A stretch of DNA of 63,127 nt, counting the filler, from Basidiobolus ranarum (lineage: Eukaryota), in NCBI GenBank assembly GCA_040143965.1. It is 45 parts of 45 records of this genome, joined end to end, with 100 filler letters (N's around TTAATTAATTAA, not from the genome) between each part and the next. Parts side by side here need not be neighbours in the genome. Positions count along the whole stretch, not along the records: positions 1 to 1,312 come from JASJQH010012468.1; positions 1,413 to 2,724 come from JASJQH010012469.1; positions 2,825 to 4,135 come from JASJQH010012470.1; positions 4,236 to 5,546 come from JASJQH010012471.1; positions 5,647 to 6,957 come from JASJQH010012472.1; positions 7,058 to 8,367 come from JASJQH010012473.1; positions 8,468 to 9,777 come from JASJQH010012474.1; positions 9,878 to 11,187 come from JASJQH010012475.1; 37 more parts are not named here. One strand, 5' to 3'. Every line of letters begins with the position of its first letter. Position 1 is the stretch's first letter. Made by a program: the position numbers and the translations under genes. Of the stretch, positions 1 to 11,287 are shown piece by piece. The notes beneath the pieces were generated by a model. That model was given only the letters and a program-made list of their open reading frames with translations, was not told the DNA's origin and did not search any database.

Positions 1-305
1 AGTGATTAGCTTTGTGAGATAATTTTTTATTGTCCAGAAATAAAGCATTTATACTTTTTGGTGGAAATACAGAAAACTAACACTGGGGTTGTGTTCAGAA
101 CATCTATGGGAGTAAACTGAGCTATCATTGGGGTAATTTGCATTAGTTTGAAATTTCTAATATAGAATTGCTAATTCTCACATTATTCACATATGTATAA
201 AATATCAGTTCCAATATCAGTTAATTAATATTTCACTAAGCAATGTTAACTTACTTGTATGTGCTATTAGAAATAGTTAGGTGTATAGAGGTAGAGATAA
301 CAAAT
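1..305 (-). repeat. LTR family A fragment (Ty1/copia LTR)
   Basis: Matches the full copy at 30984-31394 (gttcagaacatct.tgggagtaaa.tgagctatc ... aatagttaggtgtata). Confidence 0.85.
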
Positions 306-479
306 AGAATTCTTGTGGACCCTTGAAACCGAATTTTGCCTACTGAAGTGCCCAAAACAATGTCAGAAGTTGTGGTACCTTTATCCCAAACCTGTCTCAA
401 TAAGGAACTGGACAAGGACTGTAAAATGAGCTATCTTTGGGGCAAAAAAGAAGGCCATAGGGCTGATGTCTTGGAGTCT

Positions 480-1312
480 TCACTCAAGCACAAGTTTTGC
501 AGGTAGAAACATAAATCTTGACAAATGCAAACATTTTGGGCCACCAATAATCCCTGGATGCCAACATATATGATTTGGCAATACCAAAATGTCCTGCAAG
601 GGGTGAGTCATGTCTTTGCTGCAAGATTTTGAGTCTGGAAGTGTGGTCTGGCATGTAAAGGTGCTTCTTATAAAACAAGAGATCATTGATGATAGAGAAA
701 TGCCCATAGAAGTTCAAGCTTGAGAGGCCTTTGGGTCTATCCTGGGCTTTCTTGATTAATATTACCAATGAGTCTTCAGATTGAAGTTTGTGGATGTATT
801 TGTGGAATGTACTTGAACTAGGCAGAGAAAGAGCAGTTGCACCAATTCAAAGTAGGTGAGGCTTCAGTAAAGATGTATTTTGCTGGCCACAGGCCTCATC
901 CCCTTCTTTAGGCTGATATTCTGCTCTACATATTATGGCATCAGGTATTTCTTGCTGGTTACCTGGTTGATATGTAATCACAAAACCAAAACTGGCAAGA
1001 AATAATCACCATCTTGCTTGATGGTGGTTGAGAACTTTGGTTGTGCTAAAATACCAAAGATTCTTTTGATCACAATAAACTGGGATCTTCTGATTTGCTC
1101 CATCTAAGTATTGTTGCCATTGTTGGAATGCAGCAATAATTGTTAATAGTTCCTTGTCATAGATGTCATAGTTAATTTCTACTGCAGGGACCTTTCTTGA
1201 GTAAAACACAACAGGGTGCAGTAAGTTGTCATCACCATACTGTGATAGTACTGCTCCTGAAGCAAAGTTGGATGCATCAGTTTCAACAATAAATTGCTTG
1301 TCTAGCTTGGGA
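480..1312 (-). pseudogene. Ty3/gypsy pol remnant: RNase H followed by integrase HHCC zinc finger
   Basis: FIVETDASNFASGAVLSQ...HPVVFYSRK...NYDIYDKELLTII...QARW, then HDSPLAGHFG...YWWPKM...CKTCA. RH-before-IN order is gypsy type. Contains stops and frameshifts. Confidence 0.93.
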
Positions 1313-1412
1313 NNNNNNNNNNNNNNNNNNNNNNNNNNNNNNNNNNNNNNNNNNNNTTAATTAATTAANNNNNNNNNNNNNNNNNNNNNNNNNNNNNNNN
1401 NNNNNNNNNNNN

Positions 1413-1639
1413 TATGGTGACTTATATAGTAGAAAAGTAAATCAATTGTTTGAGATATTCAGGAGTTTGTGTAATAAGATATAATAGATAAGTGGGGGTA
1501 ATAAGACATACTTGTTATATAGAAATAGAGATATGCCTATTTAGAATATAGGGGCTATAGATACATTGCTTTCTGTTTCTGATATATGTATCATATCTAA
1601 AGTTACCTATGATGTTAAATAAGGATTAATTATCCAACA
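1413..1639. repeat. LTR-like family G fragment ending ...TATCCAACA
   Basis: Homologous to ~52880-53054 (ends ttatctaaca) and, inverted, to 52027-52070 and 52490-52545. Confidence 0.65.
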
Positions 1640-1653
1640 GAGAAGCTATCTAT

Positions 1654-2001
1654 TGTTAAAGTATTTGTGAGCCTGTTAGAAGTGGTTTTGAGAATTAGAG
1701 GAATTGGTGGTTTTCACTAAGTGATTTATTGAGTAGAAAGTTGACATTCATAGTTTTGTCAAGATGTAAACAAACTAATGTGTAGAGTGTGTTAAGGAAG
1801 GTCCCAGGAACAAGTGTGCAAAGTTTGGGGCTTCTAGCACAAGTTTGAAAAATCTTCAAATCTGAGAATCTTTAAGTTGGTAAAAATATTCTAAGTAAAT
1901 TCCAATTTAGAATAATTGATAATATCTTAGTGAATTATAAGATAACTAATTACTAAGTTATATATGACTATATAGATGTTTAAGCAATGCTAACTTCAAC
2001 G
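1654..2001 (-). repeat. LTR family B copy
   Basis: TGTTAAAGTATTTG...CTAACTTCAAC; homologous to 21968-22316 and 46577-46924. Confidence 0.85.
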
Positions 2002-2009
2002 GAAACAAG

Positions 2010-2724
2010 TCATGCACCTTCAGAGTAATGCCTGGTTTGTGGTTTTTCACAATTGGCTCAAATCCAGGTGATTTCGGGCAAGATTCCACACAGTTTTGAA
2101 AATTTTAAACCACTCATCATCAGAGCAAGTGATGGCAACTCTGATGTTCAGAGTGTTTAGGTTTGCTGGTTTTCCTATGAGATTTCTATTTTCATGTGCT
2201 CAAGCAATTTCAGGTTGTTGTGTAGGCTTAATGGTCCAACACATACTCTGCTCTGCTAGATTGTCATGGTACCATTCTTATGTATGATGTGGGATTGATT
2301 GAAATCCTGTATCAGAATGGATGGAGGTAGCAGCATGTTCCTGTAGCTCAAGTACAGCATTCTGAAGATCTTGTATCATTGTTGAGTGACTCTCTAACTG
2401 TTGACTAGTTGCTTCAAAATGCTGCATTAATTGCAATATTGTGGCATTATTGCTTTTCATGGCCTGTATATCAACTTCATAGTTTTTACTTATGATTGCA
2501 TACAAATCATTATGGTGTTCTGCCTGCAATTCCCTTGTTGTAATAATTCTATCCAAACTCTCTACAGAGGGTTGTTCAATAGTGGGCAAAGTAGCCATTT
2601 TGGAAGTTGATGGTCTTGACGGTGTTTTGGTTGAACAATGCTCAACTATTTATTTACTATGTACTAGAGGGATTACAATCTCTTCACTTGCACTATTGCT
2701 GGCAAGGAACACATCTGGAGAATT
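2010..2724 (-). mobile_element. CMC/CACTA-like element, ORF2 remnant
   Basis: Near-identical to 47822-48140 and 59880-60329 (MATLPTIEQPSVE...QQLESHSTMIQDLQ). Confidence 0.9.
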
Positions 2725-2824
2725 NNNNNNNNNNNNNNNNNNNNNNNNNNNNNNNNNNNNNNNNNNNNTTAATTAATTAANNNNNNNNNNNNNNNNNNNN
2801 NNNNNNNNNNNNNNNNNNNNNNNN

Positions 2825-3406
2825 CTCTCTTGGGCTTCCTCTTCAAAGGTCTTGTAAGTGGTGGTGAAAATAAGGGGTGATCACAAGTAGTAATTGTTAG
2901 TTGAAAACCAAGATGATTTTTATTTGAAAAGATATAGCTCCTTTTTATACTTTTCTGGTGGTAGATATGATTACTAATGAGAATTTCCGGAAAGTTCCAG
3001 AGAATTCAATTGGTGGGGATCTGGGGTTATGATATCATCATAAATCATAAGATTTTTAACCCATGGAATGTTCCAGAAGGTTGTAGAATAATCCAGAAAG
3101 TGATGGAATTCTCTGGCAAAATCAAGTTTTGATTGGTCAAAACTCAATCAATCATCAAATATTCCAACAATATTGTGGAATGTTCTGGAAGATTGTAGAA
3201 TTTTCCAGAAAATAATAGGCCAATGTGGGTTTATACTGATAAATCTGAAGTAATAGGGGATAATATTAATAGTGTGACATGATTGGCTAGAAAATATGGG
3301 TAAGTCAATTAAAGATAATAAAATAGAAATTGTGTGATAGTAATGATATAAGCTTGGGGTGGAAATAAGTCAACTTGCCAGTGGGTAGCAATGCTACCCC
3401 ACTACA
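2825..3406 (-). repeat. LTR family E (starts TGTAGTGGGG), U3 region with HSE arrays and TATA box
   Basis: A second copy begins at the same TGTAGT at 44552, where it interrupts CMC sequence. TATAAAAAG on the minus strand at 2941-2949. Confidence 0.75.
2985..3210. promoter_or_regulatory. Three heat-shock-element-like (nGAAn) arrays in LTR-E
   Basis: 2985-3007 TTCcgGAAagTTCcaGAGaaTTC; 3066-3098 GAAtgTTCcaGAAggTTGtaGAAtaATCcaGAA; 3178-3210 GAAtgTTCtgGAAgaTTGtaGAAttTTCcaGAA. Confidence 0.75.
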
Positions 3407-3446
3407 CTGCCATCAGTTGACTTAGATGTTTTTGCAGGAACACTGC

Positions 3447-4135
3447 TAAAGAGGATCAGCCAGAGCCAGGGATTCCAATTAGATACTATGCTCTTACCAT
3501 TCAACAACATACCAATACTACTTATTTGGCTACAAAGGGGAAAATTCAATATGAATAAGCCATTTGAGATATGATCAAAGTTTAAATCAATTGCAAAATT
3601 GCTTGAACATGTCAAGATACCATCATATCTTACCAGGACTCCTATCAATATCCACTCATTTAGGCATTTATTCAAATGCAAAGACTGGAAGTATTAGATT
3701 CATATATGTTGAAGTGGAATGGTGAAAAGATTTCTGACTGATAAGTATTGGCAACATTGGGAGTTGTTTGTCAATATAGTTAATATATTCTTGTTGCATT
3801 AACTCATATTGGTAGATCTCAGGTAGATACAGCAACTATGCAAAGATTTTGTAATTGGATAAGAAAAGCTTTATCGCAGATTTAAAGAAGATGCACCAAC
3901 TATATGCTGGTATTTAATAAATGCCCTGCTGAATCTTTCTCAATGCTTAGAGATTATAGGCCCTTGCAATCCCTAACAAAAATAAAATCAATCTGATCCG
4001 GATCAGATCCACCCTCCAAATAGCAAAGCTGTCAGAGTACCATCACAATATTGGTGGCTTGCATTGTGCCAGGGATTTTGATGATATTTTGACAGTATTC
4101 ATACATGTTAAAATATTGATCCTCAAATTTGGCAT
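3447..4135 (+). mobile_element. CMC transposase remnant interrupted at 3971 by the right terminus (CCCTAACAAAAAT) of another copy
   Basis: Homology to 35580-36060. The terminus sequence recurs at 14990, 20081, 21289 and 49381. Confidence 0.88.
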
Positions 4136-4235
4136 NNNNNNNNNNNNNNNNNNNNNNNNNNNNNNNNNNNNNNNNNNNNTTAATTAATTAANNNNNNNNN
4201 NNNNNNNNNNNNNNNNNNNNNNNNNNNNNNNNNNN

Positions 4236-5546
4236 GATTAAAATTGTGATGGTTTTCCTACGATAACAATCCTCAAATTTCTGTTAGGGAGAAATGCAAC
4301 TTTGGTCAAACAAGTAAGTCCAGACAACTTTGAGGACATGCTGCTAGATGTTTACCTTGGTTATTCCAGTACTGATGGTAGTATTTTAGAAGTTGAAGAA
4401 GAAGACAATGGTTTTCTTATCAACTCTTTGCTATTGGCAAGCATTAGTTCACTCATAACACTTGCAGTAAAGGAAGCTGATTTGATTATTGAGGAGTGGA
4501 GAGTTCAATCCAATCTTAGCAACCAGGTGTTTATTGGTTTTCCTACACTCTTACTGCAGTTGATTGGCAACTGTTGCTTACCACAGACCTGGCACAAGTG
4601 GAAAACACCAGTTAATTCTATGACTTATAATCCTTCAGTAATGAAACTACCTTCATGTCCAAATGGTTGTTTGGCTTTCACCAGTGATCTGAAAAACCTG
4701 GAGTCATGTACTTTTTGCACACAATTGGCAATCACCAAATCAGGTAAATATTGTTCATATTTGGCTTACATACCATTGATTCCCTGTCTTAAAGTTTGAT
4801 GAAATCACCCAATTATAGATCATTAATCCAATACCGAAGTACTCACTGTAAAGCTGATGGTCTTACCAATATATTTGATAGATATCACTACCAGAATCTG
4901 AAAAGTCAAGGTTTCTTTGATAACATGTATGATCATGCATTTGGATTGGCTCTGGAAGATTTCTCACTAAACAAATAGACCATTGGAAAGGTTTGCTGCC
5001 CATAATTTTAATTTACTTAAATCTTTCTCCTTCTGATTGGTATAAAAGCCATAATATTTTGAAACTATCTATCATATCTGGACCTAAATCACCAGTACTT
5101 ATAGATAGCCTCTTGGAGCCTTTGATTGTGGAATTTGAATGGTTATTTAATGGGGTTCAGATGGGTGAATATTTTATTAAAAGCTAATATCATTGTATGT
5201 ATTGGTGACACTCCTGCCATCAACAAACTTGGAGGTTTTTGTGGCCACAATGCACTATCTTGCTGTAGATTTTGTCAAATCAATGGAGTGTACTCTATTA
5301 GGTGTACACATTATTACTATCCAAATACACAACTAAACTCCATGATTTTACCATCAAGAGCCTGGTCAGATTTCAACATGATCACTGATATTAATTCACA
5401 CAATAGTCAGTCTGACATCAAACTTGGTATTAGCCATAAGCCTAACATTATATTGCTAAAGGGGATCAACTGGAGCCAGAGCGCCCCATTAGGCACTATG
5501 CACTTATTATTCAACAACATTTCAAAACTACTTACTCAGCTAGATA
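4236..5546 (+). pseudogene. CMC left terminus (ends 4289, ...TTTCTGTTAGGG) abutting the core of a CACTA/Transposase_21-type DDE transposase
   Basis: CPNGCLAF..CTFC, YIPLIP, GLALEDF, SGPKSP..IDSLLEPL, GDTPAINKLGGFCGHNALSCCRFC, PLGTMHLLFNN motifs, with stops. Confidence 0.9.
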
Positions 5547-5646
5547 NNNNNNNNNNNNNNNNNNNNNNNNNNNNNNNNNNNNNNNNNNNNTTAATTAATT
5601 AANNNNNNNNNNNNNNNNNNNNNNNNNNNNNNNNNNNNNNNNNNNN

Positions 5647-6957
5647 AGGATATAACAGGGCAAGGAGTGGTTAGGCAACAAGTTAGCAAATTCCTCAATT
5701 TGTACCAATTGAATCAGATATGATGCCACTGTATAAGATATAAAGAATAGTCCACTGCAAGGTCTATAAATAGCTAGCAGAATTTATCAAAGCTAAGGGC
5801 TTGGAGTTTTATCCTGAAGGAGATACATTTACTTGCCATGTTCACAAAGCATAGCAGCTTAAGTATTAGTTAGGTTGTTTGTCATTTATTGATATAGTTA
5901 TCTTAGTATTAACCATACCTTTAGTTGTCTGTTATCTTGATATCAATTTGCATTGGGCAGCAGTCATATGCTCTTCCAGTAGTAAGATATAGTTGGTGAC
6001 ATGGGACATCTTATGAGCATTTGTCATGGAAGAACATGTTATCCTACCCCTTTGCTTCTATCAAATACACAAACCTATTGACTGTGCTACTTTAATGTTT
6101 ATCAGCTGATTGCAGTGCCACACCTTTTTAAAGTGCTAGAATCTTACTACCAAAGAATCATATGTATATCACAAGAGCTATGCAGGATTCAAGTTAAGAA
6201 GAGGCACACTATCTTCACAGGAGAGATATGAAAATAAACAATAGCTGAGTCTGGTTACTACCAAAGCTTGATAAGTGTATAACTCAACCATATGGGGAGA
6301 TTAAAGAAGCTAAAGCTCTCTTAGTACAGCATTTAGTTTTACCAGTTTGACAGAAGTTATCAAGCATAAAATCTACTTATTCAGAATGGCTAGAAGCTGA
6401 AACCATAAAGTGTTAAGAGTTCCAACATATAAATAAGGGTATCATATAATATCAGGCTAATACCAGAACAAGGCTAAGCCATAAATACAGTTACCAAGAA
6501 GTGAGAAAATGAGGGGCCAAACCTTTACTTTAAAAGTAAAGAGAATTAGCCATACATTGGATGCAAATATATAGAAACTTGTAAAAATCCAGATGCATGG
6601 TTTCAGAAATCCAAGTCTGATGAGTGAATTAATGCTATATATGATTGAGTAGAGGTATGGTTTTGAGAATATCAAGCAGTGAAAATCTGTATATGTTATA
6701 AACTTGTGTTACTCAAAATACCAGAAATTGGCTAGGAGTAGAGCCTCAAGACACAAGAGATATGGGATTTGCTGCATGTTAAGTTTATATAACTCTTTAT
6801 GAGCTAACATTTAACAACAGGTATCATGCTAAGACCTACCAACAAAAACTGCAGTGAAAAAAAATCAGAGATACAAAATAAACAAGGCTCAGGTTTCTAT
6901 CATATGATTTGAAGATCTAATTGTCATGAGCTATGATATATAGTTTATAGACTGATC
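5647..6957. repeat. Unidentified decayed, CpG-depleted sequence, probably a transposon remnant
   Basis: Essentially no CpG, like the repeat contigs. No family motif recognised. Confidence 0.35.
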
Positions 6958-7057
6958 NNNNNNNNNNNNNNNNNNNNNNNNNNNNNNNNNNNNNNNNNNN
7001 NTTAATTAATTAANNNNNNNNNNNNNNNNNNNNNNNNNNNNNNNNNNNNNNNNNNNN

Positions 7058-7530
7058 GATTAACAGGCCCAAAAGCAACCAAAAGCTATTCTATTCTGGC
7101 AAGTACAAAGCCCACTGTGTAAAGTTCCAGGCTTTGACAGATTTGCAAGGAAACATCATTTGGTTTAGTTGGCCACATCCAGGGAGACACCATGATAAAA
7201 GGCTTTCATTTGAGAGGGATGCATCATTAGTAAAATATGAGAAGACTATGGCTGATTTGGCAGTTGTTGGGGAAGAATGCAGAAGGCTAGGGTATGTTGC
7301 TGCTAACAATAGGCCCAGAGGAGGGATACTGACAGAGAGGCAAAAGCTTTATAATGCATTTTTTCCCATTTTAAAGAAAAAGTAGAACATAGCTTTGGTT
7401 TCCTAAAGAGATACAGCATTGTAGCAGAAAAGTATAGAGGAAAATCATTTTGTGGGCCTCTATCAAAGTTAGGTAAAGTAGTCAAAATCTTGATTAATTC
7501 TCAATACATTCATACTTGAAGATATCCATT
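7058..7530 (+). pseudogene. DDE_Tnp_4-type (PIF/Harbinger or ISL2EU) transposase C-terminal remnant
   Basis: RPKSNQKLFYSGKYKAHCVKFQALTDLQGNII...HPGRHHD...QKLYN, a frameshift, then KVEHSFGFLKRY. The downstream 7492-7740 recurs at 13243-13490. Confidence 0.82.
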
Positions 7531-7744
7531 GAGAGCCCTAGACTTAAGACACTATGAATAAAGCATTCATCAACTTTTGAATGTGCAATAATGTCTAAAA
7601 GTACTTTTCTTAAATAAACCACATAAGTAAAATAAACTGTTTCCAAAATGGTAAATAACACCATGCCAGATAGTGCCCAATCATGCCAATTTGTGCTGGC
7701 ATACTTTTTAGCTGGCCTGATCTGGCTCAATAAAATGGACTAAG

Positions 7745-8240
7745 TCAAATTTGATCTAGATTGCATCCACCCTTCTGGATTGCAAAACTGTCAGAGAACT
7801 GTCTCAATTTTGGTGGCTTGCATTCTGCCAGGGATTTTGACAGTAGGATGGTGGCTTCATGATGTTATTTTGATGATATTCTTATATGTTTAAATATTGA
7901 ACCTCATATTTGGCATGTGTGAATTATTTTATGGCAACTTTTGCAATAATCTAATTTTGAATGGCAAATTCCTGGGTTTTGTGCAGTAGAAATTTGAATT
8001 AATATGCAGGCCTTATTTAGATATCTTAGGCTTTGTATTCTAGCCATAATGAGAATCAGAAAATACATGAATCTTGTTGTGCTTAGTCTCTACATATGCA
8101 TATACTTGACTGATCAGATATAACTCAACAACATCAATATGCTTTACCAGCAAACTAATGGTAGAACAATTGCTCAACTTCTGAATTCCAAATAGCACTG
8201 ACACTTCACATATATGTCATGGCTTGAATTGATTACCGCT
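7745..8240 (-). mobile_element. CMC element right-end remnant (terminus deleted)
   Basis: Homologous to 20095-20590 and 15005-15413. Confidence 0.8.
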
Positions 8241-9877
8241 GTAGTTGTTTTAGGGCGTAAGCAGCAACTATAACTGCAATATCCTAAGGGTTTTGTGAGG
8301 TGTCCAAAGGGTACAATAACCACGGTTGAATAACTCTGGGATGTACTGTAATATGGGTCTGTCTCTTNNNNNNNNNNNNNNNNNNNNNNNNNNNNNNNNN
8401 NNNNNNNNNNNTTAATTAATTAANNNNNNNNNNNNNNNNNNNNNNNNNNNNNNNNNNNNNNNNNNNNGAATAGTTCATTTCAGTGTAGTAGTTTAGATAG
8501 TTCACTGTAAATGGAGCTGTTGAAGGGTCCCATTCAGTCAAGGCCAGGCTCAACTATAGCTGTGTCGAAACACACCTTGTTGACTGTAAGCAAGGAATGG
8601 AGTGTATACTTATCATACGCAAGATATGAAATAATGAGGGTAATTATCTCAGCTGATATTCAAAGTTGTAACGTTTCTAAAGCAACTTCAAAGCTGGAAG
8701 CAAGGAGAGTGAGAGGCATTAATAGTATAGTGCCATTGTAGTAGAAGAATATCTATATTAGAGATAACCTGTATTTTGATAAACTTAATGTATATACGTA
8801 CGCTGTATTAACACCATAGCAACCTGGAACCTGGTTTTGGTTACCACTAAGAACTGTCACTAGATTTGATGATTACCTACTATTCTCATCAGTAACAAAT
8901 TTACTCGTCGTTCTGCTAGTAATAAATAAATGATATGATTAGTGTCAAATAGAATGTAACAGTTTTGATGTAAACCACTAGTATTTTCGAATTGTCTCCG
9001 CTCCATACACCTTTCTAGTTCACTCAAATATACCTCAGTAATACTTTCATTATTACATTAAAGCAACCATTTGGTACACTGCAGTAATGCATTCTCTATA
9101 GGATAACGATCATGAAAAGCTTTATTATTTTACATTCCTGATCAGCTAATAAATATCTCTCAAATTCTAGCTTCATTTCTTAAACTTCCTACAATAAACT
9201 GCAACTTTAAACAATAGCTATTTTATTAAAATAACAAGTCATTTACATCTTAAATTAAAATTGGATTCTTCTATCAACACGAACATGGTTCATTGAAGTT
9301 GAAGAAGCATTTGACAAGCTATCTCTTATGCGTGGAACACATTCCATATTCTCTTCCTTATATCTGTGAAAATTTAACAATTATGATTAAGTGAAAGATA
9401 CCAACTTGGAATTCCGATTATTTCTGAGAGATGAAATATATTATGGCATGACTTTAGAGCGAAAGAACCAGTAATATTAGTAAAACTATAACACTCAGAG
9501 GGCTGCCTATCTTAAATTAAAATGGGACATAAAGCCAACTAGGTAGGAGTTTACATTAACAATTAAACCCTTTGGATTTATACAAAGACCTCTATTTTAT
9601 TACTCTAGTTCTAGCTTAGTGGGGTGAATGTCTCATAATATAGTTCACAGAGCCACACCTCCACCCTTTGCCATGATCCTTACATTCCACCGAATATATC
9701 TCATTTTGTCGAATATCCATATCCATCAAAGGTGACGTAGAGTGAACGTATCGAATATGAGGCAGTTTTTGAGTTGCNNNNNNNNNNNNNNNNNNNNNNN
9801 NNNNNNNNNNNNNNNNNNNNNTTAATTAATTAANNNNNNNNNNNNNNNNNNNNNNNNNNNNNNNNNNNNNNNNNNNN

Positions 9878-11187
9878 ATAATGTCAGAAACTGATTTTGA
9901 CAATAAATTGTTCATCAGTTTAGCATATAGTAATACTGACAACTTCACACTGAGCATCCTTTTACCACTGGTACACTTCATTGGGAACTCCTGGAATGCA
10001 CAATAAGGGTCTATAATCTCTAATCATTGTGAAAGATGCAGCAGGGAATGTATTGAACACCAGCACAGATTCAGTCTATCTTCTTCATACCTGTAATAAG
10101 GCTTTTTATATCCAATTATCAAATCTGTGCATAGTTACTGTATCTACCTGATATCTGCCAATTTGAGTTGTTGCCATAAGAATATATCAACAATTTACAC
10201 AAACAACTCCCAATATTGCCAATACATATCAGGCAGAAATCTTTTCAAGGTTCCACTTGAATATATATAAATCCAATACTTCCAGTCTTTCCATTTGAAT
10301 AAACACCAAGATGAGTTAAAACTTATGAGAGTCCTGGTAAATTATGACTTTATCCTGACAGTTTCAAGCATTTTGCCAAGCAATTCAAACTTTGATCACA
10401 TCTCAAATGGCTCATTCAGATTGAATTATCCACTATACAGCTGAGTAAGTAGTATTGGAATGTTGTTGAATTTCAAGTGCATAGTGCCTAATGGGAAGCT
10501 CTGGCACCAGCTGATCCCCTTTAGCAATATAATCTTAAGCTTATGGCTAATTCCAAGTTTGATGTCAGACTGACTGTTTGATGAATTGATATCAATGAGC
10601 ATGTTGAAATCTGACTAGGCTCTTGATGGTACAATTGTGGAGATTAGTGTTGTATTTGTATACTGGTAATTTGTGTGCCTGGTAGAATAAACTTCTTTGA
10701 TTTGACAAAATTAGCAGTAAGACAGTGATAAAAGTGTTTAGGAGATTTGAAAGTGTTTTGGACAAGATTTGGATTTGTGAATTAGACACATAAGTTTTAT
10801 TGAATTGAATATGTCCAATTTATAGTTTACTATGAAATAGAACTACTGGATGTGCTTAGCTCATAACAAACATGCCTGTTAAGCATTGGTGAAAATTTGA
10901 GGTGATTAGGAGAAGTTTTGAGAAAGTAGCAAAAATTGGTAAAAGTGATCTAATTGATAGTTCTATCAATTAGAGCAATAAACACACATTTTTGAATGAC
11001 AGAATTGAGTACTAAATAATCAAAATATGAATAAACTAACTACTAAATAATCAGTTGCTATTTACCTAATTTCAACAGACAGTGCATTGTGCCAATAAAA
11101 GCCTTGAAGTTAACTGATGGCAGGAGGGTCACCAATACACACAATTAAATTAGCCTTGAAAAATTTTCACTTGTTTGATCCCCATTA
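9878..11187 (-). mobile_element. CMC transposase remnant with nested solo LTR
   Basis: Reverse complement of the 5150-5546 and 35401-36180 transposase region. Confidence 0.88.
10726..11077. repeat. Solo LTR family F (352 bp) with 5-bp TSD GACAG
   Basis: gacag|TGATAAAAG...TTTCAACA|gacag. The flanks rejoin into CMC sequence. Partial copy at ~44806-44916. Confidence 0.88.
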
Positions 11188-11287
11188 NNNNNNNNNNNNN
11201 NNNNNNNNNNNNNNNNNNNNNNNNNNNNNNNTTAATTAATTAANNNNNNNNNNNNNNNNNNNNNNNNNNNNNNNNNNNNNNNNNNNN

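Noticed and set aside
1357-1368. Regularly spaced TTAATTAATTAA as a biological repeat or CRISPR-like array
   Set aside because: Always centred in 88 Ns; it is a synthetic six-frame-stop linker.
2431-2530. Classical Neurospora-type CpA RIP
   Set aside because: The differences I could align are at CpG, and CpA/TpG are abundant rather than depleted.
4302-5546. Stop-codon reassignment or programmed readthrough suggested by recurrent in-frame TGA/TAA
   Set aside because: Stops differ between copies and fit CpG decay. Host genes use standard stops.
8468-9777. Host gene in a CpG-normal contig
   Set aside because: Splice-like signals are present, but the frames I tried contain stops and no recognisable motif.
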